Assembly: GCA_964545915.1 (NCBI GenBank)
Contig: CAZJHQ010000005.1
Span: 29,374-93,373, forward strand
DNA: 64,000 nucleotides
Direction of reading: 5' to 3'
From: an uncultured Candidatus Kuenenia sp.
Lineage (GTDB): Bacteria > Planctomycetota > Planctomycetia > Pirellulales > UBA1268
The position numbers and the translations under genes were made by a program. Below, in pieces: positions 47,388 through 57,315 of this stretch. The stretch's first letter is position 1, and every line of letters starts with the position of its first letter. Below the pieces are notes generated by a model. It did no database searches, was not told the origin of the DNA, and saw only the letters and a list, made by a program, of their open reading frames with translations.

Positions 47388-48578
47388 TCAGCCGCGGGCC
47401 AGCGCCCAGCGTCGCACCTGGTCGATCGCGAACTTCGCCGCCCGCGAGCCGGCCAGGAAGGCCCCGCCCCCCAGCATATGCCGAAACCGCTCCACGCCGG
47501 CGTCGGTCACGAGGGCGACCTCGATCTCGCCGCGGCCGTCGGCCACCGGCTCCACCGCACCGACGCCCAGCCCCAGGGCCGCGTTATGCTCGGCCCGGGC
47601 CCGGGCGGCAAGCGCGGCGGCCAGGCCGGAGTCGGCCGACCGCGGCAGCACCCGGCCCCCCCGAAAGCAGCCGCCCTGTGGACTGCGGGCCGCGGCCTGG
47701 GCGAGCAACGCCGCCACACGACCATCGGTGCCGACCTCGGCCGTGGCCAGCGTCACCCCGGCGGCGGCCACGGCGGCGACCACCGCGTCTTCCAGCTCAT
47801 CATCCTCGACGCCATACACGAGCGGGCCCAGGCAGTGGCGGATCGTCGCCTCGGTGTCGGCGATCTTGCCTTGGCACTCGGCCTCGTCGCGGCCGCGGGC
47901 GGCGATCCGCAGCGTGATCGTGGCCTCGTGGGCGGTGATCCCCACGAGCGGGTCCCGTCCGCGGCGCACGAGATCGGGCAGCATGGCCTCGATGGCGCTC
48001 TCGCCGGCGCCGAAGCATTTGATCCGCCGCTGCACGATCGTGGCCCGCTCGGGCAGCATGGCGAGGATGGCCGGCATCACGGTGCCCCGCCACATCGTCC
48101 GCATCTCGGCCGGCACGCCCGGCAGGGCGAAGATCCGCGCGCGGCCGCCGGCGACATCCAGGTCGATGCCAGGGGCCGTGCCCTCCGGATTGGGAATGAT
48201 CCGGCTGCCGCGCGGGAAGACCGCCTGCCTGCGGTTGCTCTCCGGCATCGGCATGCCGCGCCGGGCGAACCGCGACTCGACCGCCGCGAGGGCCTCAGGC
48301 GAGAGTTCGAGCGGACTGCCAGCCACGGCCGCGAGCACGTCGCGGGTCAGGTCGTCGGCGGTCGGGCCGAGGCCGCCGGTCGCCACGACGATCTCGGCCC
48401 GGCCGGCGGCCGCACGAAACGCCTCCACGCCCGCCTCCAGCGTGTCGGCCGCCGTCGTGTGAAACACGACCGGCACCCCGAGCACGCCGAGTTCGGCCGA
48501 CAGCCATTGGCTGTTGGTGTCGAGCCGCTGGCCCGAGGTCAGTTCGTCGCCGATGGCGATCACTTCCGCCCGCATCAT
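47388..48578 (-). CDS. cinA: CinA-family protein (MoCF-type domain + nicotinamide-nucleotide amidohydrolase domain)
   Basis: MRAEVIAIGDELTSGQRLDTNSQWL ... ATGGLGPTADDLT. 396 aa. 31 nt upstream of the htrA-like gene. Confidence 0.9.
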   Translation of the reverse strand: MMRAEVIAIGDELTSGQRLDTNSQWLSAELGVLGVPVVFHTTAADTLEAGVEAFRAAAGRAEIVVATGGLGPTADDLTRDVLAAVAGSPLELSPEALAAVESRFARRGMPMPESNRRQAVFPRGSRIIPNPEGTAPGIDLDVAGGRARIFALPGVPAEMRTMWRGTVMPAILAMLPERATIVQRRIKCFGAGESAIEAMLPDLVRRGRDPLVGITAHEATITLRIAARGRDEAECQGKIADTEATIRHCLGPLVYGVEDDELEDAVVAAVAAAGVTLATAEVGTDGRVAALLAQAAARSPQGGCFRGGRVLPRSADSGLAAALAARARAEHNAALGLGVGAVEPVADGRGEIEVALVTDAGVERFRHMLGGGAFLAGSRAAKFAIDQVRRWALARG

Positions 48579-48622
48579 GCACCTCGCCTCACGTTTTCCG
48601 GGGCCATGATCCTACACCCCGA

Positions 48623-48834
48623 CACCAAAACGCCCCCGGCGGAAGCTGGGGGACTCCGGGTGAACCGCCTTTCCCCGTGCCATGCGGTACGGGTTCCAAC
48701 CGGAGTTCGGAATACCTTCGTGCGGCATGGACGGCGGGGAGGTTGTCACGCCCGGTGTCCCCGGGTTTCCACCCGGGGCTTCTTGCCGCACTGCCCACAA
48801 AACGCCCCCGGCGGGAGCCGGGGGACTCCGGGTG
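48623..48834 (+). repeat. Interspersed palindromic intergenic repeat, family B, copy 2 (core 48667-48826 flanked by a ~40-nt direct repeat)
   Basis: CAC(C)AAAACGCCCCCGGCGG.AGC.GGGGGACTCCGGGTG occurs at 48623-48662 and 48795-48834. The core aligns with the reverse complement of 36091-36259. Confidence 0.8.
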
Positions 48835-48953
48835 GCATTCCTTCCCGGTCGCCATGCGCCGCGACCGCGGCCGCGGCAGGACGCGGAGCCTTGCCGCATG
48901 GGCGACAGCCGCTCGGGCTGGCGGGCGGGGCGACGGCAGGAAACAATGCCGGC

Positions 48954-50147
48954 ATGAACTACGGCCTTCTCGGAATCGACGCGCAAATATTGCAGGTGGT
49001 GGATGCCGCTCGCAACCGCGGCGACGCGGTCGTCATCGGCTGCGACCTGCCCGCGTCGCTGCCGGGCCCGCTCGCCGGCATGCGGCGGGCCGACTCCTGG
49101 CAGGCCCTGCTCGATGCGACGAGCTGCGACGCCGTGATCGTGGGCCGTGCGGACTGGAATGCCACCCGAGCCGAGGCCGTTCGCACGCTCGTGCAGGCCG
49201 GCCGCACGCTCCTCCTCGCGCAGCCGCTGGAGCTGTCGATGCTGTGGGCATACGAGCTCGACATGATCCGCCAGGACACCAGCGCTCGGCTCGTGCCACT
49301 GCTCACCGCCCGCCTCCATCCGTTCGTGCGGCGGCTCCGGGCCGCGATCGAGGCGGGGCTGGCCGGCTCGGGCCCGCTCGGCCCGCTGGAGTCGATCGGC
49401 CTCGTGCGCCGGATGCCGACCCGGACCCGCGAGACGGTGCTCGCCCGCCTGGCCGCCGACGCCGACCTGGTCCGCGTGCTGGCCGGCGATCCCGCCCGTC
49501 TGGCGACGCTCGGTGCCATCGATCCCGACGCGGCCTGGAGCACGCTCGCCGTGGGGTTCAGCGGCCCCGACCTGGTGCCCACGCGGTGGCAGGTGGCCCC
49601 GGGCGACTCCCCTGCCCTGGCGATCACCCTGCAGCACGCCCGCGGCACGATCGAGGTCGAAGCGGCCGACGACCCGACGCTGCCGTGGACCTGGTCCGGC
49701 CCTCCCGTGGAGCGACTCGCGTTCGACACCGCCGCCGGCCTGCTCGATCGCCTCGCGGGCGGAGAGGCGGGCGACGCCGTTCCCACGGCCACCTGGGCCG
49801 ACGCCGCCCGCGCGGTCGAACTGGCGGAGACGGTGCCGCGCAGCCTGGCGAAGGGGCGGGCGATCGACCTCCACCGCGAGGAGTTCTCGGAGCTCGGCAC
49901 GTTCCGCGGCACGATGGCATCGCTGGGATGCGCCATCGTGCTCGCCGGCCTGCTCGTGCTGGTCGCCGCCACGCTCGTCGGTGGCATCGCCAACGAGCTC
50001 GATCCGCAGCGTTGGGGGATCGTGAAGACCGTCGCCACGCGGATCGCCGACGCCTGGCCGGTCGTCGTGCTGGTGGCCCTGGGTGCGTTCCTCGCCCTCC
50101 AGCTCCTGCCGCTCCTCGTCGGCCCGGATCGCCCGCGCGACTCTTGA
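48954..50147 (+). CDS. Hypothetical membrane-anchored protein with Gfo/Idh/MocA-like N-terminal region
   Basis: 397 aa. Rossmann-like start (MNYGLLGIDAQILQVVDAA..AVVIGCD) without a clear GxGxxG. Two C-terminal TM helices. Confidence 0.55.
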   Translation: MNYGLLGIDAQILQVVDAARNRGDAVVIGCDLPASLPGPLAGMRRADSWQALLDATSCDAVIVGRADWNATRAEAVRTLVQAGRTLLLAQPLELSMLWAYELDMIRQDTSARLVPLLTARLHPFVRRLRAAIEAGLAGSGPLGPLESIGLVRRMPTRTRETVLARLAADADLVRVLAGDPARLATLGAIDPDAAWSTLAVGFSGPDLVPTRWQVAPGDSPALAITLQHARGTIEVEAADDPTLPWTWSGPPVERLAFDTAAGLLDRLAGGEAGDAVPTATWADAARAVELAETVPRSLAKGRAIDLHREEFSELGTFRGTMASLGCAIVLAGLLVLVAATLVGGIANELDPQRWGIVKTVATRIADAWPVVVLVALGAFLALQLLPLLVGPDRPRDS

Positions 50148-50337
50148 GTCTTTCTCGTCCTGCCCGCACGGCCGGGAAGTCGTCTGAAAACAGGGCATTT
50201 CGTGGCTCTGACTGGGCAGACTGTGCGGGCCGCAGCCCCCGCCGGTGATCGGACGCCGCCGGGGGGGCCGATGCTCCTGGCAACGCGGGGGCGGTATGAC
50301 CGTCGTCCGCCCTCGTGCCTGGGGGAGCCAACACTCC

Positions 50338-51648
50338 ATGCGGTGCCCGTGGATCGTCCTGCCGCTCGTGACCGCCTGCCTGGCGGTCGCCGCGACTCGG
50401 GCCCCCGCCTCCGAAGCCCGCCGCTCCGTGATCGTCCGGGCGATCGAGTCGCAGCGCGACGCCGTGGTCAATATCCATGGCCAAAAGATGGTCGGCGGCA
50501 CGGAGGAGGACGGCGGCGAGATGCGCCGCGTCAACGGCATGGGCACGGGGGTCGTGATCGACTCCCGGGGCTACGTCGTCACCAACTTCCACGTCGTGGA
50601 CGGCGTGCGGCGGATCGAGGTCACGCTCGCCTCCGGCCGGACCGTCGCGGCCACGCTCGTCTCGCACGACCCGCGAACCGATCTCGCCGTGATCAAGGTC
50701 GACATCGACACGCCGCTGCCGGTGATCACGATCGGCACCTCCAGCGACCTGATGATCGGCGAGACCGTGCTCGCCCTCGGCAACGCCTACGGCTACGAGC
50801 ACACCGTCACCCGCGGCATCATCTCGGCTCTGCACCGCTGCGTGGAGGTGAGCCGCACCCAGCGATATGACGATCTCATCCAGACCGACGCCAGCATCAA
50901 CCCCGGCAACTCCGGTGGCCCGCTGCTCAACATCGACGGCCAGGTGATCGGCATCAACGTCGCGGTGCGGGCGGGCGCCCAGGGCATCGGCTTTGCGATC
51001 CCGATCGACGACGTCCTCGAGATCGTCACCCGCCTGATGTCGGTCGAGCGGGTGGACCACACCTGGCACGGCATCGTGGCCAAGCCGGACGGCCGCCCGG
51101 GGGTGGTCGTGGAGGCGGTGCACCGCGAGAGCCCCGCGGCCACGGTGGGCGTGCGGGCTGGCGACCTGATCACGCGGATCGCCGACGTCCCTGTGTCACG
51201 ACAGCTCGATATCGAGCGGGCGTTGCTCGGCCGCAAGGCCGGCGAACGGGTGCCGGTGACGGTCGTGCGGGCCGGCGCCGAGGAGCGAATCGACCTGCCG
51301 CTGGCGGCGATGCGGCGCGACGCGATGCCGCTCGACGAGCGGTGCTGGAAGGAGATCGGGCTGCGACTGCAGCCGGCGGCCGCGGGCAAGGTGCAGAAGC
51401 TGCAGGCCCGCTACCGGGGCGGACTGGTGGTCACCGAGGTGCGGCCCAACGGCCCGGCCGCCGAGCAGGGCATCAAGGAGGGCGACATCCTCGTCGGCCT
51501 GCACGTCTGGGAGACGATCGCCCTGGAGAACATCTCCTACATCCTCGACAAGTCCCACGAGGAGCACCTCAACCCGATCAAGTTCTACGTGCTCCGCGGC
51601 CGGGAGACGCTCTTCGGCCACATCGTCTCCGACACCGTCCTGCGGTAG
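50338..51648 (+). CDS. HtrA/DegP-family serine protease with PDZ domains
   Basis: Signal peptide MRCPWIVLPLVTACLAVAA. Triad contexts TNFHVV, DLAVIKV, GNSGGPLL. Two PDZ-like regions. Confidence 0.9.
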   Translation: MRCPWIVLPLVTACLAVAATRAPASEARRSVIVRAIESQRDAVVNIHGQKMVGGTEEDGGEMRRVNGMGTGVVIDSRGYVVTNFHVVDGVRRIEVTLASGRTVAATLVSHDPRTDLAVIKVDIDTPLPVITIGTSSDLMIGETVLALGNAYGYEHTVTRGIISALHRCVEVSRTQRYDDLIQTDASINPGNSGGPLLNIDGQVIGINVAVRAGAQGIGFAIPIDDVLEIVTRLMSVERVDHTWHGIVAKPDGRPGVVVEAVHRESPAATVGVRAGDLITRIADVPVSRQLDIERALLGRKAGERVPVTVVRAGAEERIDLPLAAMRRDAMPLDERCWKEIGLRLQPAAAGKVQKLQARYRGGLVVTEVRPNGPAAEQGIKEGDILVGLHVWETIALENISYILDKSHEEHLNPIKFYVLRGRETLFGHIVSDTVLR

Positions 51649-51688
51649 CGCGGCTGGCGGCATGGCCGGCGTCGTTCGCATACACTTG

Positions 51689-52027
51689 GCCGCAACGCTC
51701 GCATCGCGTTGCCCCGGCCGACGGAACGGTCGTTTTCGCCGTAGGTTTCCCGGGGGTGAGCCGCTGCACGCATGCAGCGATAACAGATGAAACAGGTGTT
51801 GAGCCTCGGAACCAGCAACGCGGTGGCCACGCCGGCACCGCTGCCGGGAAGCCCGAATCGTCAGATGAGGGAATCCGCGTCGCTCCACCAGAGGCCATCC
51901 GCATTCCCTCGGCTCACGCCTCGGGCTTCAAGGAACGGAACCGCCAAACCCGACAGACCGGAAACGCAACACCAGTCCCAAGAGGCAGACTGGCTCAACG
52001 ACGGGGCGAGATGTACGCGTTACGCCC
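51689..52027. mobile_element. Candidate MITE-like non-coding insert bracketed by a 10-bp direct repeat
   Basis: CATACACTTG at 51679-51688 and 52028-52037. The ends just inside show an imperfect inverted repeat (GCCGCAACGCTCGCATCGCG vs reverse complement GGCGTAACGCGTACATCTCG, 14/20 by hand). No convincing ORF, and lower GC by eye. Confidence 0.3.
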
Positions 52028-52051
52028 CATACACTTGCATGCGATCGCCCC

Positions 52052-52990
52052 ATGGAAACCGACTTTATCGCCTGGCTGCTGCCCCGTCTTCCGGCCGATC
52101 CCCGGCTCGAGGTGCCCGCGGGTGACGATGCCGCCGTGCTCCGCCCGCCGGCGCAGCGGCGGACCGTGGTCACGGTGGACATGCTCATGGAGGGCGTGGA
52201 CTTCATCCTCGGCCCCGACTGCCCGCCACAGGCGGTCGGGCACAAGGCGTTGGCGGTGAACCTGAGCGACCTGGCCGCCATGGGGTCACGGCCCGAGGCG
52301 GCCGTGGTCGCGGTCTCGCTGCCGCGTCACGGGGGCGACACCCTCGCCCGTGCACTGCAAGATGGCATCGCGGCCCTCGCGGCCCGCCACGACGTCGCCC
52401 TGGCGGGCGGCGACACCAACGCCTGGGACGGGCCGCTGGTGATCAGCGTCACGGCGCTCGGCAGCGTGCCGCCCGGCGCCGCCTGGCGGCGGGACGGCGC
52501 CCGGCCCGGCGACCTGATCGCCGTCACGGGCGGCTGCGGCGGCAGCCTCCTCGGCCGCCATCTCGCCGTCGAACCGCGGGTCCGCGAGGCGTCGTGGATC
52601 GCGGAGCGGTTTGCGGTGCATGCGGCGATCGACGTCAGCGACGGCCTGTCGCTCGACCTGGCCCGGATGATGGCCGCCAGCGGCACGGCCGCCGTGCTCG
52701 ATCTCGACCGCGTGCCGATCCATGCGGATGCGGTGCGCATGAGCCGGCAGCCGGGGGACGGCCGCACGCCCCTCGACCACGCCCTCGCCGACGGCGAAGA
52801 CTTCGAGCTGCTCCTCGCCCTTCCTCCCGAGGCGGCGCGGACGCTCGCCGCGGAGGCGGCCGCCGCCCTGGGCACGCCCGTCACGATCATCGGCGAGGTC
52901 GTGGAGGGCCAGGGTTTGTTCTCCAGCAGCCCCGATGGCCGCCGCACGCCGCTCGCGGCCCGGGGCTATGTCCACGCCTTCGACTCCTGA
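52052..52990 (+). CDS. thiL: Thiamine-monophosphate kinase
   Basis: AIR-synthase-like fold motifs (PAGDDAAVL, DMLMEGVDF, GGDTN, DVSDGL). Confidence 0.9.
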   Translation: METDFIAWLLPRLPADPRLEVPAGDDAAVLRPPAQRRTVVTVDMLMEGVDFILGPDCPPQAVGHKALAVNLSDLAAMGSRPEAAVVAVSLPRHGGDTLARALQDGIAALAARHDVALAGGDTNAWDGPLVISVTALGSVPPGAAWRRDGARPGDLIAVTGGCGGSLLGRHLAVEPRVREASWIAERFAVHAAIDVSDGLSLDLARMMAASGTAAVLDLDRVPIHADAVRMSRQPGDGRTPLDHALADGEDFELLLALPPEAARTLAAEAAAALGTPVTIIGEVVEGQGLFSSSPDGRRTPLAARGYVHAFDS

Positions 52991-52997
52991 CGCCGCC

Positions 52998-53462
52998 ATG
53001 ACCACCTGCTCGCGCACGATCGCCGCCGAGGCCGCCTTGGCACCGCTGGCAGAGGCGCTCGCCGCGGCCCTGCCCGACCACTCTTTCATCGCCTTGGCGG
53101 GCGACCTCGGCGCCGGCAAGACGACGTTCGTCAAAGCCTTCGCGGCCGCGGTGGGCATCGATCCGGCGGAGGTGGTGAGCCCGACGTTCGGCCTCGTGCA
53201 CGAGCATTTATCCCATGCCGGCATCCTCCTCCACGCCGACATGTACCGGCTCACCGGGCCCGACGACCTGCACGAGGTGGGCTGGGAGGACGCCGTAGCC
53301 CGAGCGAAATGGGTGTTCGTCGAGTGGCCCGAGCGGATCGCGGCCGCGCTCCCGGCCGACAGGCTCGACGTGGCGATCACGATCGACTCGCCCACGGCCC
53401 GCACATTCACCTTCACCGGCCACGGCCCGGCTCACGAGACCGTCATCCCCCGCCTCCGGTAG
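52998..53462 (+). CDS. tsaE: tRNA t6A37 biosynthesis ATPase TsaE
   Basis: LAGDLGAGKTTFVKAF ... VSPTFGLVHEH ... HADMYRL. Confidence 0.85.
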   Translation: MTTCSRTIAAEAALAPLAEALAAALPDHSFIALAGDLGAGKTTFVKAFAAAVGIDPAEVVSPTFGLVHEHLSHAGILLHADMYRLTGPDDLHEVGWEDAVARAKWVFVEWPERIAAALPADRLDVAITIDSPTARTFTFTGHGPAHETVIPRLR

Positions 53463-53509
53463 CCACCGTTCGCGGATCGGCGGGCCCGCGTGCCCCGACC
53501 GGCAGCCCG

Positions 53510-54631
53510 TCAGAGCAGGATCCGCAGCATGCGGCGGAGCGGCTCGGCCGCGCCCCAAAGCAGTTGGTCGCCGATCGTGAAGGCGCCGATGTATTCCGGG
53601 CCCATCGCCAGGGCCCGGATGCGGCCCACGGGAATCGTGAGCGTGCCGGTGACCGCGACGGGGGTGAGTTCGCGCAGCGTCGCCTCGCGGGTGTTGGGCA
53701 CCACCTTCACCCACTCGTTGTCGGCGGCGATCAACGCTTCGACTTCCGCCGGTGGCACGGCCCGCGTCAGTTTGAACGTCAGCGCCTGGCTGTGGCACCG
53801 CATCGCTCCGACCCGCACGCAAAACCCGTCGACCGGAACGGGCGGCGTGCCGAACGCCTCGCCCCGCCCCAGGATCTTGTTGGTCTCCGCCATGCCCTTC
53901 CACTCCTCGCGGCTCATCCCGTTGCCGAGGTCCTTGTCGATCCACGGGATGAGCGAGCCGCCGAGCGGCACGCCGAACTGGGCGGTCTCGGCCGCCGAGA
54001 GAACGCGCTGGCGGGCGATCACGCGGCGGTCGATCTCCAGGATCGCCGCGTGCGGATCGCCGAGCAGGTCACGCACCTCGGCGTGCAGCGTGCCGAACTG
54101 GGTGAGCAGTTCCCGCATGTGCTGGGCGCCGCCGCCGGAGGCGGCCTGGTAGGTCTGGGTGGTCATCCACTCCACGAGCCCCGCCTTGTAGACCGCGCCC
54201 AGGCCCATGAGCATGCAGCTGACGGTGCAGTTGCCGCCGATCCAGTTTTTGATTCCCTGTTCCAGGCCGCGGTCGATCACGCCGCGGTTCACCGGATCGA
54301 GGATGATCACGGCGTCGGAGTTCATCCGCAGCGTGGAGGCGGCGTCGACCCAGTGCCCCTGCCAGCCCTGCCCGCGGAGCTGCGGAAACACCCGCGACGT
54401 GTAGTCGCCTCCCTGGGCCGTGAGCACGATGTCGCACGCGGCCAACGCGGCGACGTCGTAGGCGTCCTGGAGCACGGCCGCGCCGCGGGCCTGGGGCGGG
54501 GCCGCCCCGCCGGCGTTCGAGGTCGAGAAAAAGACCGGCTCGAAATGGGCGAAGTCGTCCTCCGCACGCATGCGGTCCATGAGCACCGACCCCACCATGC
54601 CCCGCCAGCCCACGATACCGACCCGCTTCAT
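53510..54631 (-). CDS. asd: Aspartate-semialdehyde dehydrogenase
   Basis: [21 protein letters not shown] ... PVFFSTS ... [12 protein letters not shown] ... [11 protein letters not shown]. Closely follows the E. coli-type Asd pattern. Confidence 0.95.
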   Translation of the reverse strand: MKRVGIVGWRGMVGSVLMDRMRAEDDFAHFEPVFFSTSNAGGAAPPQARGAAVLQDAYDVAALAACDIVLTAQGGDYTSRVFPQLRGQGWQGHWVDAASTLRMNSDAVIILDPVNRGVIDRGLEQGIKNWIGGNCTVSCMLMGLGAVYKAGLVEWMTTQTYQAASGGGAQHMRELLTQFGTLHAEVRDLLGDPHAAILEIDRRVIARQRVLSAAETAQFGVPLGGSLIPWIDKDLGNGMSREEWKGMAETNKILGRGEAFGTPPVPVDGFCVRVGAMRCHSQALTFKLTRAVPPAEVEALIAADNEWVKVVPNTREATLRELTPVAVTGTLTIPVGRIRALAMGPEYIGAFTIGDQLLWGAAEPLRRMLRILL

Positions 54632-54769
54632 GACGATCGACCTTTCCTGCGTTCCTGATGGTTTCTGCGTCCCCGCATCCAGCCCTGCGATCCTACCCTG
54701 CCCGCCGAAAAACGCACGCTTGGATCGCCGGCGGAACCATGCCACCGCCGCCATGGCGTTGCACCTGGC

Positions 54770-55312
54770 TCACAGCACGAGTCGGCGGACGGCCTGGAAC
54801 TGCGGATGGGCGGCGGAGCGGCACCATTCGAAGAGCACGGCCTCGCTCGTCGTCAGCACGACCCCAGCCGCCTCCAGCCGCCGCAGGCCGATCTCGTGGT
54901 CGAGCGCATGCCGCGACGCGACCGCATCCACCGCCACGAACACGCCGAGGCCGCGGGCCAGCAGATCGAGCGCCGTCTGCGTGACGCAGACGTGCGTCTC
55001 CAGGCCCGCGAGCACGACCGTCGCGGCCGTGGCCGGCAACGCCGCCACGAAAGCCTCGCTGCCGCAGCAGCTGAAGGCCATCTTGCTCACCGCCGGCGGC
55101 AGCCGCTCGACCAGCGCCGGCTGCGTCGGTCCCAGCCCGTGCGGATACTGCTCGGTGAGGATCGCCGGCACGCCGAGCAGCTCCGCGGCCGCAGCCAGCC
55201 GCAGGCAGCGGTCGACCACGCGGTCGCCGCCAGCCACCGCCGGCAGCAGTTTTTCCTGCACGTCGATGACGCACAGCGTGGACGTGGCAGGGTCGAGTCG
55301 CATGCAGGACAT
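54770..55312 (-). CDS. Isochorismatase-family hydrolase
   Basis: CVIDVQEK and the catalytic Cys context GLETHVCVTQTALD. Confidence 0.85.
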   Translation of the reverse strand: MSCMRLDPATSTLCVIDVQEKLLPAVAGGDRVVDRCLRLAAAAELLGVPAILTEQYPHGLGPTQPALVERLPPAVSKMAFSCCGSEAFVAALPATAATVVLAGLETHVCVTQTALDLLARGLGVFVAVDAVASRHALDHEIGLRRLEAAGVVLTTSEAVLFEWCRSAAHPQFQAVRRLVL

Positions 55313-55326
55313 CGTCGCGGCCTCCT

Positions 55327-56205
55327 TCAGCCGGCAGGGATCGACCGCGGGGCGGGCGGTTCGCGGGGCTCGACGGTCAGATCGAGCCGGCCGTCGCCGC
55401 CGGTCGCCCCCAGTTCCTTGAGCCGCGCGAGTTTCGCCGCGGCCGGCGGCTCACCGGCCGTCTCCCGGCCGGGCGCCGAGCCGAACAGGATCCGGCCGCC
55501 GTCGCCGGCAACGAGTTCCCACATCCGCAGGTTCCGCTCGCGGACCGGACGAATCTCGACCAGCCGCAGCGCGGCCCAGTCGGGCCCCAGCGCGGCGGCG
55601 ACGGAAGCCGCCTCCTCCACCGCGGCGTCGCCCCACGGAAATCCCTCGGTGCCCTGCGGGCTCGACTCGATGCCGGTGACGCGCGGATAGCGGGCGGCGA
55701 CGGTGGGCGTGAAGTCGGCACTCGGCAGAACGACGGCCTCCGCGTCCACCGCCAGCAGGCCGTCCTGCCAGGCGACCATCGCCACCGGCTCGCGACACTC
55801 CACCTCGATGACGGCCGCGGCGGGATGCATCAACTCCACGCTCACCACGCGGCGCACCCAGGGATGGATGTCGAACGCCCGGGCGAGCCGCCGCTGCAGT
55901 TCCGGGTCGTCGAGCGGCAGCCCCTGATCCAGGCTGGCGTTCCGCAGCGCCTCGACCTTCATATCTCCCTTCACCCACTCGGCCACGCCCTTGAGCCGCA
56001 CCGCTTCCGGCAGCAGGACGACATCGGGATGGGCCCGGGTGCCGTCGCCGAACCGCGACCACGCCGCCCAGCCGGCCAGGAACGCGGCGGCCAGCACCGC
56101 CAGGGCGGCCAGGCCCGCACGGTGCTCGGCCAGGAAGGCGGCGCCCCGGCTCGGCGTCGGCTCGGCTTCCGGCGGCGGCCGGCGGCGGGATGAGGGGGTG
56201 TTCAT
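55327..56205 (-). CDS. ftsQ: FtsQ-like cell-division protein (TM + POTRA)
   Basis: Basic N-terminus, TM LAALAVLAAAFLAGWAAW. POTRA/FtsQ pattern (VRLKGVAEW ... IHPWVRRVVSVELMHPAAAVIEVECREPVAMV). Lies directly downstream of murB. Confidence 0.7.
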   Translation of the reverse strand: MNTPSSRRRPPPEAEPTPSRGAAFLAEHRAGLAALAVLAAAFLAGWAAWSRFGDGTRAHPDVVLLPEAVRLKGVAEWVKGDMKVEALRNASLDQGLPLDDPELQRRLARAFDIHPWVRRVVSVELMHPAAAVIEVECREPVAMVAWQDGLLAVDAEAVVLPSADFTPTVAARYPRVTGIESSPQGTEGFPWGDAAVEEAASVAAALGPDWAALRLVEIRPVRERNLRMWELVAGDGGRILFGSAPGRETAGEPPAAAKLARLKELGATGGDGRLDLTVEPREPPAPRSIPAG

Positions 56206-56222
56206 GGCGGTGCGCAGGCTGG

Positions 56223-57167
56223 TCACCAGACGTCGACCTGCGGCGTCAGTTCGACTCCCAGCCGCTCGCGGACGCGGGCGCGGACCGCCTCCACGAGCGT
56301 CCGCACGTCGTCGCAGGTGCACTGCGAACCGGCGACGACGTAATTCGCGTGCGGGGCGTAGACCGCCGCGTCGCCGGACCGCATGTCGCGGGCGCCGGCC
56401 TGCACGATCAGCGACTCCGCCGTCGCGCCGAGCGGATCCTTGAACATCATCGCCACCGCCCGCGTGCCGCTGGGCTGCTGGGAGCGGCCCACGATCCACT
56501 GCTTCTGCATCCGCTTCGTGAGCTGCTCCGGGTTCTCCTCGTCGAGATCGAGGCGGCAGCCGATGACGACGCAGTCGTCGAGGTTGCTCCAGCGCGACTC
56601 GAAGGCCAGCCGCGCCCCCTCGCGCACCTCCACGCTGCCGTCGGGCAGCATCACGGTGACCGAATGCACGCAGGCGCCGATGTCGCCGCCATGGCCGCCG
56701 GCGTTGCCGACCAGCGCCCCGCCCACGGTGCCGGGCACGTCGACGAGCGTCTCCAACCCGGCGAGCCCGGCCTGCACCGCCGCCGAGACGACATGCACGA
56801 GTTTCGCGCCGGCCCCGGCGACGACCGCCGGCTTCTGCACCTCGATGCCGCAGAAGGGAGCCGCCGACAACCGCACCACCATGCCGGGGAAGCCGGCGGC
56901 CGAGACGAGCACGTTCGACCCGCCGCCGATCACCCGCAGCGGGATCCCGCGGTCGCGGCACCGACGCACCACGCGGCCCAGCGCCTCGACGTCCACCGGC
57001 TCGCAGAAATACCCCGCCGCGCCCCCGAGGCCCAGCCAGGTGTGGTGGGCCAGCGGCTCGCCGCACGACACGGCGACGCCGAGATCATCGAACGCCGAGG
57101 AAGCGGCGTCGTTGCCGCCGGCGGCCGGGCCGCGGGCGGACTCCTTGGTCTTCGAACCCTGATGCAT
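56223..57167 (-). CDS. murB: UDP-N-acetylenolpyruvoylglucosamine reductase
   Basis: FAD-binding region (WLGLGGAAGYF ... VIGGGSNVLV). C-terminal region (SLIVQAGARDMRSGDAAVYAPHANYVV). Confidence 0.9.
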   Translation of the reverse strand: MHQGSKTKESARGPAAGGNDAASSAFDDLGVAVSCGEPLAHHTWLGLGGAAGYFCEPVDVEALGRVVRRCRDRGIPLRVIGGGSNVLVSAAGFPGMVVRLSAAPFCGIEVQKPAVVAGAGAKLVHVVSAAVQAGLAGLETLVDVPGTVGGALVGNAGGHGGDIGACVHSVTVMLPDGSVEVREGARLAFESRWSNLDDCVVIGCRLDLDEENPEQLTKRMQKQWIVGRSQQPSGTRAVAMMFKDPLGATAESLIVQAGARDMRSGDAAVYAPHANYVVAGSQCTCDDVRTLVEAVRARVRERLGVELTPQVDVW

Positions 57168-57315
57168 CGCGAACTCCTCGTGCCCTGCGGCGCCGGGCCG
57201 GCCGGCCGCCATTCGCCCGGGGCTGCGGACGGATCAGATTGTGCCTCACGCCCCGCTCTTCCGTCCATCCGCGCGGCCCGCGCTGACCGGCGGCGGGACT
57301 GAGCGCACGGCCTGG

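Noticed and set aside
51720-51860. Possible TPP (THI-box) riboswitch upstream of thiL
   Set aside because: Only loose resemblance: GGGGTGAGCC ... GGAACC ... GGGAAG. The CUGAGA and pyrophosphate-sensor helix consensus are not recognisable by eye, it lies ~200 nt from the start, and thiL is not a typical riboswitch target. An Rfam cmscan would settle it.
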